From IMG/VR virus record IMGVR_UViG_3300010356_002264: a stretch of 64,000 bases of DNA. One strand, 5' to 3'. The translations under genes and the position numbers were made by a program. Below, piece after piece: positions 16,797-24,490 of this stretch; the first letter of the stretch is position 1; every line of letters begins with the position of its first letter. This DNA comes from a virus. Lineage: Duplodnaviria; Caudoviricetes. Below the pieces are notes generated by a model. The model was not told the DNA's origin and ran no database searches. It saw only the letters and a program-made list of their open reading frames with translations.

Positions 16797-16798
16797 CT

Positions 16799-16946
16799 AG
16801 CTTCACCCCTCGTGTGGGCCACACACGCGACGCTATCCGGGTTCGACTCCCGGTCCCTCCTCACTGTGGGGGGATTGCCTAACGGTAAGGCAGCAGATCA
16901 ACCATCTGTCGAAAGACGCAACACGGCCCACCCACTCGGTGAAGCT
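16799..16946 (+). ncRNA. permuted tRNA-like RNA, copy C
   Basis: AGCTTCACC/GGTGAAGCT stem, CCTC/ACTC loop, arms in T-acceptor-D-anticodon order. Confidence 0.8.
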
Positions 16947-16982
16947 CACCTTCTACGAAGTGACTATGAAGTCACATCTGGT

Positions 16983-17399
16983 ATGAAGCGCTGCGCGACA
17001 TGCCAGACCCACAAACCGCTCGACGAGTTCACTCGGAACAAGACGAAGAAGGACGGCCGCAACGCCTCCTGTAAGGTCTGCCATCGAGCCTATGTGCGAC
17101 GGCACTACCAGAAGAACAAGGCTTACTACGTCAGCAAGGCGCGAAAGTACCAGGCTGGCATCAAACAGATCATCCGAGAGCTAAAGACGGTCCCCTGCGC
17201 CGACTGCAAGAGGACATACGACTGGTGGGTGATGGACTTCGACCATGCACGCGGCACCAAGAAGTTCACCATATCTCGTATGCAAGGACGTGTCGGTTTA
17301 CAGAACGCACTCTTCGAGATCGCGAAGTGCGACATCGTCTGCTCCAACTGCCACAGGGATCGCACGTACAAGCGGAGGATCGCCTCCAGCACCCCGTAG
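16983..17399 (+). CDS. HNH endonuclease
   Basis: CATC, CKVC, CADC...DFDH...VCSNCH. Confidence 0.85.
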   Translation: MKRCATCQTHKPLDEFTRNKTKKDGRNASCKVCHRAYVRRHYQKNKAYYVSKARKYQAGIKQIIRELKTVPCADCKRTYDWWVMDFDHARGTKKFTISRMQGRVGLQNALFEIAKCDIVCSNCHRDRTYKRRIASSTP

Positions 17400-17412
17400 C
17401 TCTCGTCAAGTT

Positions 17413-17554
17413 CGTTCCGCCCCTCGAGCAGGTCACACAAGCGATTGCAGGTTCGACTCCTGCCTCCCCGACTTCACCGGGGAGTAGCCAAACGGTAAAG
17501 GCACTGGAACAAGGATCCATCAAAAAGCACACGGCCTACCCACTCGGCGGAACG
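17413..17554 (+). ncRNA. permuted tRNA-like RNA, copy D
   Basis: CGTTCCGCC/GGCGGAACG stem, CCTC/ACTC loop, arms in T-acceptor-D-anticodon order. Confidence 0.8.
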
Positions 17555-17560
17555 ACCCTC

Positions 17561-17568
17561 TCAGCTCC
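17561..17568 (+). promoter_or_regulatory. TCAGCTCC motif for ATG 17598
   Basis: 30-nt offset. Confidence 0.75.
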
Positions 17569-17597
17569 AGGTGCTCACGGAAACAGGAGCGCCTCCC

Positions 17598-18023
17598 ATG
17601 CCCCCCCGACCCCCTCAGACCCTCAGCCCATCGCAGGTCACCATGCTGCGCGCGGCGAGCGCCGGCCGGGGACCGACCGACCACCTGGTGGGTCGAGGGC
17701 GCAGCTTCCATGGTGGGGCCGTGGGGACGCGGTTCTCGCTGACGCGCCGGGGCCTGCTTGACCGGCAGGGGAACATCACCGCGGCCGGCGTGGACCGGCT
17801 CAGGGAGCTCGACCTCTGGGCGCTGCGGGCGCGGGTAGCCGGCCTTGGAGCCGACGACCTCCGCGCGCTGCGCGAGTGCGTCGAGTACGCGCTCCCCCGC
17901 TTCCGTGACGCCTACACCGACCACATCCTGGAGGAAGGCGAGGAGGCCAGGCTGCGTGCCCGTCACGGGCGAGCGGAGCGTCTCCAGGCCATCCTCTTCC
18001 CCCCGAACGCTCCCGTAACCTAG
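17598..18023 (+). CDS. hypothetical protein (winged-helix-like N-terminus)
   Basis: Promoter motif 30 nt upstream; stop codon inside tRNA-Arg. Confidence 0.6.
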   Translation: MPPRPPQTLSPSQVTMLRAASAGRGPTDHLVGRGRSFHGGAVGTRFSLTRRGLLDRQGNITAAGVDRLRELDLWALRARVAGLGADDLRALRECVEYALPRFRDAYTDHILEEGEEARLRARHGRAERLQAILFPPNAPVT

Positions 18024-18081
18024 CTGGACAGGGTGCTGGCCTCCGAAGCCAGATGTGGGGGTTCGAGTCCCTCCGGGAGCA
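18009..18081 (+). tRNA. tRNA-Arg(CCG)
   Basis: Loop CTCCGAA. Confidence 0.92.
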
Positions 18082-18120
18082 CAGCTTGACAAGCCATCAC
18101 CTGCTTAGATACAAGACGAC

Positions 18121-18576
18121 ATGGGCCGACATCACACGAAGGATAAGGGTGATGCAGGAGTGGGGTTTGTCATCGCGGACTGTATGCGGCATGGGATCCA
18201 GATATGTCTACCGATTAGCGAGCATCTACCGTTCGACTTGATCATGGTTGACGAGACGGGGAAACTGGCCCGAACTCAGGTTAAGTATCGCGCAGCTAAG
18301 GACGGAGTCGTTGAGGTGGGCCTCCGCTCGATATGGAGCGACCGCAACGGAGTACATACGAAGACGCCTAGCTACGATCAGTTCGACGCTGTGGCCGTCT
18401 TCTGTCCCAACACGACGTGTGTGTACTACGTACTTGCTAGCGAGCTATCTGGCATACGAAGCAGCTTCGTTATCCGTCTTTCCCCTTCCGAAGATGGTCA
18501 GACCAAGAGAGTAAGGCTGGCCTCGACGTTTACGAATCCATTACGTGTATTTGCACCCGTCGCCAAATCTGGATAA
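18121..18576 (+). CDS. PD-(D/E)XK homing-type endonuclease
   Basis: HTKDKGD...PISEHLPFDLI...QVKYR. Confidence 0.85.
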   Translation: MGRHHTKDKGDAGVGFVIADCMRHGIQICLPISEHLPFDLIMVDETGKLARTQVKYRAAKDGVVEVGLRSIWSDRNGVHTKTPSYDQFDAVAVFCPNTTCVYYVLASELSGIRSSFVIRLSPSEDGQTKRVRLASTFTNPLRVFAPVAKSG

Positions 18577-18627
18577 GGCACGAGTCTTCTAAACTCGCAT
18601 CTGTGGGTTCGATCCCCACCGGGTGCA
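18553..18627 (+). tRNA. tRNA-Arg(TCT)
   Basis: Loop CTTCTAA. Confidence 0.92.
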
Positions 18628-18650
18628 CAACCAGCGGGTAGATCGGCCCC

Positions 18651-18854
18651 ATGAGCTCATACCTCCGGTACCTGTGCCCCAAGTGCCAGCAGCCCGTCCA
18701 GGAGGACGCCGACCACCCCGCGGTGGGGTTCTGCAACACGGACGGCTGCCAGGTCGGGGCGATCCAGACGCGCTACTGCGCGCTCGTCGACGTCACCGTC
18801 GACGGCCTGGTCCTGGAGGTCGTCTCCCCGGCCTCCCACCTGTACACGGGATGA
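18651..18854 (+). CDS. small Zn-finger protein
   Basis: CPKC...CNTDGC. Confidence 0.55.
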   Translation: MSSYLRYLCPKCQQPVQEDADHPAVGFCNTDGCQVGAIQTRYCALVDVTVDGLVLEVVSPASHLYTG

Positions 18855-18881
18855 AGAAAATCGACCAGGACGTGCGGATTC

Positions 18882-18889
18882 TCAGCTCG
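18882..18889 (+). promoter_or_regulatory. TCAGCTCG motif upstream of the tmRNA-like RNA
   Basis: CGAC at the expected -12 position; no ATG. Confidence 0.6.
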
Positions 18890-18918
18890 GGTCGTGCGGG
18901 TGGTTCCGACCTTCCTGT

Positions 18919-19440
18919 GTAAGACGCAGGGCTTCGGGAAAAACGGTGGTGCTCATCGAGCACACGGGACATCGACCCCGAACGAAGTCAGGCAGGCTTC
19001 TGTTGCTATGTCGGCAACTTGGCACCACCCGCGACGGGTGGAGGACGCGGGTTCAACTCCCGCCAGGGGCCCGATTGGGTGTAAGTCTGCGCGTGACCCT
19101 GACCTGGATGATGACGGTCACTCATCGCCAGGGCAGTGCGCGGTCCGAAGCCCAGACATCTATGGGGTCAACCCCACCATGCGGCCTGCCTCGTGCGGCC
19201 TGTCGGGGAACACCCCACCTTCTATGAGGACCCGTCCCAACGGGAGACCTACGGGACACTGCCAAGTGGATTGGTCCTCACCCTCTTGATGAGAACCCTG
19301 CCTACCCAGGTGGGGGCGAAACCGGCTCCGTTGTCCGCAATGTAAACGACCGAGCAGTTCCGTCTCATCCTCCACACAACTAGAGGGGACGCAGCGACGT
19401 CAGACACCGCGCGTCCTCCCGCGGTCGGAGCGTGCTCCGA
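18919..19440 (+). ncRNA. permuted (two-piece) tmRNA-like RNA, highly divergent; ends approximate
   Basis: GGAC-GCGGG-TTCAACT-CCCGC lies upstream of GACCCTG-ACCTGGATGATGAC; long P2-like pairing 19022-19041 with 19118-19139. Confidence 0.6.
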
Positions 19441-19447
19441 CCGTTCC

Positions 19448-19520
19448 GTTCCCGTAGCCAAGCGGATAAGGCTCCTGTTTCCTAAACAGGCATTCGCAGG
19501 TTCGATTCCTGCCGGGGACA
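19448..19520 (+). tRNA. tRNA-Arg(CCT)
   Basis: Loop TTCCTAA. Confidence 0.92.
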
Positions 19521-19604
19521 CGAAAGGCGAGCCGCGGTGAACCGGCCCCGTCCGAGCGCGAGTTCACGCGCGAGGGTGGCAAGCTGCGCGGACGCTTGTT
19601 TTAC

Positions 19605-19706
19605 GGGCAGGTAGCTCTACATGAGCGGGTGCGTGGGCGGCAAGTCGCTCGACGCTGGAGCCTCAGTCCAACTCTGAGGTGACTGGTTCACCCCGGTCCC
19701 TGCCCC
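19605..19706 (+). ncRNA. tRNA-like RNA with an extra arm
   Basis: GGGCAGG/CCTGCCC acceptor, TA-GCTC..GAGC D arm, two central hairpins, GGTTCA T-like arm. Confidence 0.45.
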
Positions 19707-19834
19707 CCGTTTCCACGAACCGAAGGAGCCGACCGTGCGCACATAGTTGGCTCCGCGAGGTCAGACCCGTGCGTGGGTCTGACCTCGTAGGTACGCCTGC
19801 CTGGTAAGTACGCTATGCGAAACTACGTTAGTGT

Positions 19835-20323
19835 ATGCCAGTCAAGTACACGCGCGAAGCTCTCACCAAGGTCGTAGCCTCCTCCACCAGCATCCTCCAG
19901 GTTCTCCGCAAGCTCGGTGTCAGACCAGCAGGCGGAAGCCACTCCTACATCACGGGCCTGATCAAGCGGCACGGTCTCGACACGGCCCACTTCACGGGTA
20001 AGGGTTCAAACCGAGGCACACACCATGTAGGGGGTCCAGACCGGATCCCCTGGCACGAGGTGCTCGTGCTAGATCGCCTCGGAGGTAGGAAGGAGGTCAC
20101 GTCGCGTCTCCGGCGCGCAATGGTCGAGGCGGGCATCCCCTACGTCTGCAAGCTGTGCGGCAACCCGCCCGAGTGGTGCGGTAGACCACTCACCTTACAG
20201 ATCGACCACATGAACGGAGACTTCCTCGACAACCGGAGAGAGAACCTCCGGTTCACCTGTCCAAACTGTCACTCCCAGACGGACAACTGGGGTAGTAAGA
20301 ATCGTTATGCTCGGGTGGTGTAA
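19835..20323 (+). CDS. HNH endonuclease
   Basis: CKLCG...LQIDHMNGDFLDNRRENLRFTCPNCH. Confidence 0.9.
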   Translation: MPVKYTREALTKVVASSTSILQVLRKLGVRPAGGSHSYITGLIKRHGLDTAHFTGKGSNRGTHHVGGPDRIPWHEVLVLDRLGGRKEVTSRLRRAMVEAGIPYVCKLCGNPPEWCGRPLTLQIDHMNGDFLDNRRENLRFTCPNCHSQTDNWGSKNRYARVV

Positions 20324-20391
20324 TGGCAGCCACGTTAGCTTGAGGTGCTAATGGTCGAAAGACCGTGCGGGTTCGACTCCCGCCCCGAGTA
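20309..20391 (+). tRNA. tRNA-Leu(GAG)
   Basis: Loop TTGAGGT, long variable arm. Confidence 0.92.
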
Positions 20392-20406
20392 CTCACAGTC
20401 CTTCCT

Positions 20407-20492
20407 GCGCAGATGCTGGAACCTTGGTAGACAACACGGCCTCAGAAACCGTGGCCCTTCGGGGCGTGGGGGTTCGACTCCCCCTCTGCGCA
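20407..20492 (+). tRNA. tRNA-Leu(CAG)
   Basis: Loop CTCAGAA. Confidence 0.92.
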
Positions 20493-20497
20493 CTCCT

Positions 20498-20580
20498 GCT
20501 CGTGTGGTGGAATGGCAGACACACCAGACTTAGGATCTGGCGGCCTTCGGGCCGTGAGGGTTCGACTCCCTCCACGAGTA
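20498..20580 (+). tRNA. tRNA-Leu(TAG)
   Basis: Loop CTTAGGA. Confidence 0.92.
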
Positions 20581-20643
20581 CTCTGGTCGACGAGCTACAA
20601 GCGGGAACGGCGCCTGACACCCGACGCTCGTCGACCGGTTCAT

Positions 20644-20729
20644 GCCCAGGTGGTGGAACTTTGGTAGACACACCGGCTCGAGATGCCGGCGCTCGCGAGG
20701 GCGTGCAGGTTCGACTCCTGTCCTGGGTA
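20644..20729 (+). tRNA. tRNA-Leu(GAG), second copy with C33
   Basis: Loop TCGAGAT. Confidence 0.85.
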
Positions 20730-20777
20730 CCGAGGTACGAAGTATGGATCACTTATGTCGCCCACGAGCAGACCTGA

Positions 20778-20861
20778 GCTCGGGTGGCGGAACTAGGCAG
20801 ACGCGCCGTCCTTAAAACTCGGTGCCCACGTGGCGTAGGGGTTCGATTCCCCTCCCGAGCA
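20778..20861 (+). tRNA. tRNA-Leu(TAA)
   Basis: Loop CTTAAAA; weak anticodon stem. Confidence 0.88.
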
Positions 20862-20899
20862 CACCTCTTCATCTCTCGCTCTTCCAGCGCTCAACATAC

Positions 20900-20984
20900 G
20901 CCCAGGTGGCGGAACTTCGGCAGACGCGCTCGCCTCAAAACCGAGTGTCTACGTGACGTGTGGGTTCGACTCCCTCCCTGGGCA
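20900..20984 (+). tRNA. tRNA-Leu(CAA)
   Basis: Loop CTCAAAA. Confidence 0.9.
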
Positions 20985-21030
20985 CTTTAACGGTAGACAT
21001 ACCGTATCAACACATCATAGACTCTACCTA

Positions 21031-21537
21031 ATGGGACGACGACGGTTATGGACCGACGAGCAATTCGTCTCAGCAGCTCGCTCCGGCCACTCCGTGGCCT
21101 CTGTCCTACGTACTTTAGGTTTACGTCCCACAGGGGCCAACTACGAAACAGTACATAAATACCTACATAAATTAGGTTGTGATGTAGCTCATTGGACAGG
21201 GCAAGCTCATCTTCGCGGTAAGACCCACTCATGGAAAGCCAAGGAGCCCCTCGACACGATACTCGTAGACGGAAGATATGTTAATACATCTCACATTAAG
21301 AAGAGGATGGTTCGAGAGGGTATTCTCGACGAGAAATGTTACGAGTGTGGACTGACAGAATGGAGAGGAAAAGCGATCGCACTTCATCTCGAACACAAGA
21401 ATGGAAAGAAGGACGACAATCGACGGGAGAATTTATGTTTATTGTGCCCTAACTGCCATTCTCAAACATCTACATACTGTGGACTAAACAAGAAGAACCT
21501 GAAAGGAGGCCCTCGATGTCGGAGACACTTGTGTTAA
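21031..21537 (+). CDS. HNH endonuclease (paralog of 19835)
   Basis: CYECG...LEHKNGKKDDNRRENLCLLCPNCH; low GC. Confidence 0.9.
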   Translation: MGRRRLWTDEQFVSAARSGHSVASVLRTLGLRPTGANYETVHKYLHKLGCDVAHWTGQAHLRGKTHSWKAKEPLDTILVDGRYVNTSHIKKRMVREGILDEKCYECGLTEWRGKAIALHLEHKNGKKDDNRRENLCLLCPNCHSQTSTYCGLNKKNLKGGPRCRRHLC

Positions 21538-22085
21538 GCCCCAGCTACGAGTACGTCGGGAGGGTCTCCTGGGACCGCGCCATCACGCTACTCTTCCTGG
21601 GGAAGGTCGAGGTACTGGAGGAGTACGAGGATCGGGACATTCGCTCGGTGACCTTCAGCATCAAGATGCCGTCGGTGATTCGCTTCCTCCAGGCGATCCG
21701 CGGGAAGAGGCGCGCGGTGAAGTTCTCGCGAGAGAACATCTACGCCCGTGACCAGGGCCGGTGCCAGTACTGCTGGCGGAAGGTCACGCGGGACGAGTTC
21801 ACCTACGACCACGTCAACCCGCGGGCCGCAGGTGGCAAGACCACCTGGGAGAACGTCGTGGCCTCGTGCATGCAGTGCAACCAGGACAAGAAGAACCGCA
21901 CGCCGGCCGAGGCCGGGATGCGGCTCCGTACGACCCCAGTGCGGCCCAAGCGGCTGCCTGATGTCCGCATCACCCTCGTGTGGCGCAAGGGCATGCCGGA
22001 GTCGTGGAAGTCGTGGGTGCGCGACTTCATCTACTGGAACGGCGAGCTCGACAACGACGAGGGGGATGCCCTCGCGGGCGTCTAG
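21516..22085 (+). CDS. HNH endonuclease family protein
   Basis: RDQGRCQYC...TYDHVNPRAAGGKTTWENVVASCMQCN. Confidence 0.9.
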   Translation: MSETLVLSPSYEYVGRVSWDRAITLLFLGKVEVLEEYEDRDIRSVTFSIKMPSVIRFLQAIRGKRRAVKFSRENIYARDQGRCQYCWRKVTRDEFTYDHVNPRAAGGKTTWENVVASCMQCNQDKKNRTPAEAGMRLRTTPVRPKRLPDVRITLVWRKGMPESWKSWVRDFIYWNGELDNDEGDALAGV

Positions 22086-22399
22086 TCCCGCAGGACCAGC
22101 AGGTCGAACTGCATGAGGGCCTCCCCTTCATGCAGTTCGACTTCCGTGTAGTTGCCCTCCCGCTCATACCATCCAGATTGTGGGGCGTCCTGCCCCCTTG
22201 CGCGGAACGCCGCGTCGATCACCAGACATAAACTCCGGTACTGCTGGTAGCTCTGTGGGGTGTGCTTGACGCGCACGTCGACGACGTGTCCGTACAGGTC
22301 GTTCTGTCGCGCGACGACGGAGGTGACCTCCAGGCCCTTGGAGGAGGCTTCCGACCGAATGAGGTGCTCAAGATCCGCAGCGGTAAACAGGTTCTTCAT
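22082..22399 (-). CDS. hypothetical protein
   Basis: Start MKNLF fixed by the promoter motif. Confidence 0.65.
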   Translation of the reverse strand: MKNLFTAADLEHLIRSEASSKGLEVTSVVARQNDLYGHVVDVRVKHTPQSYQQYRSLCLVIDAAFRARGQDAPQSGWYEREGNYTEVELHEGEALMQFDLLVLRD

Positions 22400-22428
22400 G
22401 CCTGGTAGTAGATGCGGGCCGTCACTAC

Positions 22429-22436
22429 GGAGCTGA
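22429..22436 (-). promoter_or_regulatory. TCAGCTCC motif for ATG 22399
   Basis: 30-nt offset. Confidence 0.75.
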
Positions 22437-22437
22437 C

Positions 22438-23400
22438 TTAGGAGAGCACGGAGATGCGGTCGAGTACGCGCTTCTCGTCTCCGAGCTTGACGACCTCGAA
22501 GTTGGCCTCCCCGCACCCTGTCATGGCGTCCGCGACCGACCCGAGGAAGCTGGGGAACACGAACGTGTCCCATCCCCCCAGGGCGAGGCCCGCCTCAAGT
22601 CCGACCTGAGTGATGCAGCCCTCGTCGATCCACACGAGGTTGACGCCGCGCCCCCAGTCGAACGAGTAAGCGCCCAGGAGCAGGAGGTCAACGCCCGACA
22701 TCCCCTCAGGGATCGGGCTGCCACACGCCTTGAGGACGTCGGTCCAGCGGACCCCGCGCACCGTGGGGACGCGACCGGACAGGGCCGCCTGGCGGGCGCA
22801 GGCCGTCACCGTGGACTCGAAGTCCGCCTCCGAGCACAGCAGGCCGATGCGCTTCTCCTTGCGGATCGCGCTGCGCACAGATACCTGCGACCGGCGCGAG
22901 CACGCGTTCGGCGACACCCAGCCGCCGGCCGCGACCGCGCCACGGACGGCCGACCCGGAAACCCGGAGGGCCGAATGGCTGCCCTCAGGCTCCACGATCA
23001 CCCACCGGTCTACGAGCCAGGAGAACCCGGTCGTCTCGGTGCGGTACCGCTCCTGCTCCCGCCACTCCTCACCGGGGCGAGCCGCCCGAACGACGACGTC
23101 ACAGCGGTTCCGTACGAGCTCGTGAAGGACCCGCTGACCCTTCGCGTCGGGTGGGCGCGTCACCTTGACGGGGAGTCCCGACCCCAGGAGGCAGAAGCCG
23201 GCGAGGTCACAGCGCTGCTGCTCGGTGAGCGCGTAGGGGCGCGTGGGGTCGGTCATGATGGACAGCACGACCTCCTCAGCGATGTCGGAGGCTGCACGCA
23301 CGAGCGCCTCGTGCCCGCGGGTGAAGGGGTCGCAGGAGGCGAACACGAGGGCCCGCTTGTAGTTCTTGGGGGCCGTCTTGGTGGAAAGGTCGGTCGTCAT
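22438..23400 (-). CDS. CoaD-like (HIGH-family) nucleotidyltransferase with C-terminal extension
   Basis: ALVFASCDPFTRGHEALV, LTEQQR, VSGSAVR. Confidence 0.65.
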   Translation of the reverse strand: MTTDLSTKTAPKNYKRALVFASCDPFTRGHEALVRAASDIAEEVVLSIMTDPTRPYALTEQQRCDLAGFCLLGSGLPVKVTRPPDAKGQRVLHELVRNRCDVVVRAARPGEEWREQERYRTETTGFSWLVDRWVIVEPEGSHSALRVSGSAVRGAVAAGGWVSPNACSRRSQVSVRSAIRKEKRIGLLCSEADFESTVTACARQAALSGRVPTVRGVRWTDVLKACGSPIPEGMSGVDLLLLGAYSFDWGRGVNLVWIDEGCITQVGLEAGLALGGWDTFVFPSFLGSVADAMTGCGEANFEVVKLGDEKRVLDRISVLS

Positions 23401-23407
23401 GGAGCAC

Positions 23408-23590
23408 CTACTCGGGAAGGGTGGAGAGCCACTGGTGGAGGGCGGGGCCGCCTTGGTGCAGGCCGGAGAAGACCCAGACCATGAGCCCGACGAGCAGCGC
23501 CCGCAGGGGCTCGACGCCCGCGAAGCTCGCGGCGGCGCTGGCAGACCCGAGGATGAGGCCCTCGCGCAAGATGAGTGCAAGGCCCCTCAC
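23408..23590 (-). CDS. small membrane protein
   Basis: Coupled to the kinase stop codon; hydrophobic. Confidence 0.5.
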   Translation of the reverse strand: MRGLALILREGLILGSASAAASFAGVEPLRALLVGLMVWVFSGLHQGGPALHQWLSTLPE

Positions 23591-24450
23591 GGCTTCGTCT
23601 TGACCGTCAGGACGGTCCCGTCGCGGAATCGCAGCGCCTCACGAGTCGATGGGCGCTTGAAGACCTTCTCGCGGATCTCATGGATCGTCTTGCGCACCAG
23701 GGCGGCCGAGTGCGGCCGAACCGTGGGGTCCGCGCAGAGGAGGTGCGCGATGAGGTCCCGCAGGGGTTCGCAGGTGTCAGACGGAACGACCCCCGTGCAA
23801 GGGTCCCCGCCGAGCATCGCGATCATCACCTTTCCTGCGGACCAGAGATCGGACTCGCCGATCGGTGGCATGCGGGATAGGATCTCTGGCGCGATGTAGC
23901 CAGGCGACCCACCCTTCCCCACGCTGTCCCGCTTGGACCCAGCGACCGACACGGTGAAGTCGGTGAGTACCGCCCCGTGTTGTGGGACGTCGACGATGAG
24001 GTTGTCGGGCTTGACGTCCCCGTGGAAGACTCCGCACTTGTGCAGGTGACCTAGCGCCTCAAGCAGGCGATCCGCGACCCACAGGGTGTGCTCGTCATCT
24101 AGCGGCCGGCGCGCGACGAACGCGGTACGGTCGGCGTTCGGCTGAACGTCGAGGATCTTCCCGAGCGTCTGGCCTGGAGCCCAGGTGAGCACCATGAAGG
24201 GGAACCCTTCGCGGTCGACGACGTAGTCGTGCAGCGCGGGGATCGTGTAGTGGTGAGGGATGCGGGACAGGAGGCTAGCCTCCTGCAAGAAGAGCGTAGC
24301 TTCGTCTCCGTCCTTCCACTTGGACTGCTTGACCGCCACCCGGTGGCCCAGGTGTATGTGTCGCGCCTCGTAGACGCAGCCGAACGAACCCTCTCCGACG
24401 AGTTTCTTGAGGGCGTAGCTCCCCACCTGGAGGTTTGAACTTGCTGGCAT
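23587..24450 (-). CDS. Hanks-type Ser/Thr protein kinase
   Basis: GEGSFGCVY, VAVK, HGDVKPDN, GYIAPE, DLWSAG. Confidence 0.92.
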   Translation of the reverse strand: MPASSNLQVGSYALKKLVGEGSFGCVYEARHIHLGHRVAVKQSKWKDGDEATLFLQEASLLSRIPHHYTIPALHDYVVDREGFPFMVLTWAPGQTLGKILDVQPNADRTAFVARRPLDDEHTLWVADRLLEALGHLHKCGVFHGDVKPDNLIVDVPQHGAVLTDFTVSVAGSKRDSVGKGGSPGYIAPEILSRMPPIGESDLWSAGKVMIAMLGGDPCTGVVPSDTCEPLRDLIAHLLCADPTVRPHSAALVRKTIHEIREKVFKRPSTREALRFRDGTVLTVKTKP

Positions 24451-24479
24451 GCTCACAGCACGAGCAGCCGCGCGCCCCA

Positions 24480-24487
24480 GGAGCTGA
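24480..24487 (-). promoter_or_regulatory. TCAGCTCC motif for kinase ATG 24450
   Basis: 30-nt offset. Confidence 0.75.
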
Positions 24488-24490
24488 CGG

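Noticed and set aside
16908-16915. GTCGAAAG as proof of a canonical bacterial Y RNA Ro-binding motif
   Set aside because: It occurs in only one of the four copies and overlaps the anticodon-like stem rather than the terminal stem.
19047-19071. A standard one-piece tmRNA or an ordinary tRNA at this T arm
   Set aside because: There is no matching acceptor strand upstream; the complementary strand lies downstream, so only the permuted model fits.
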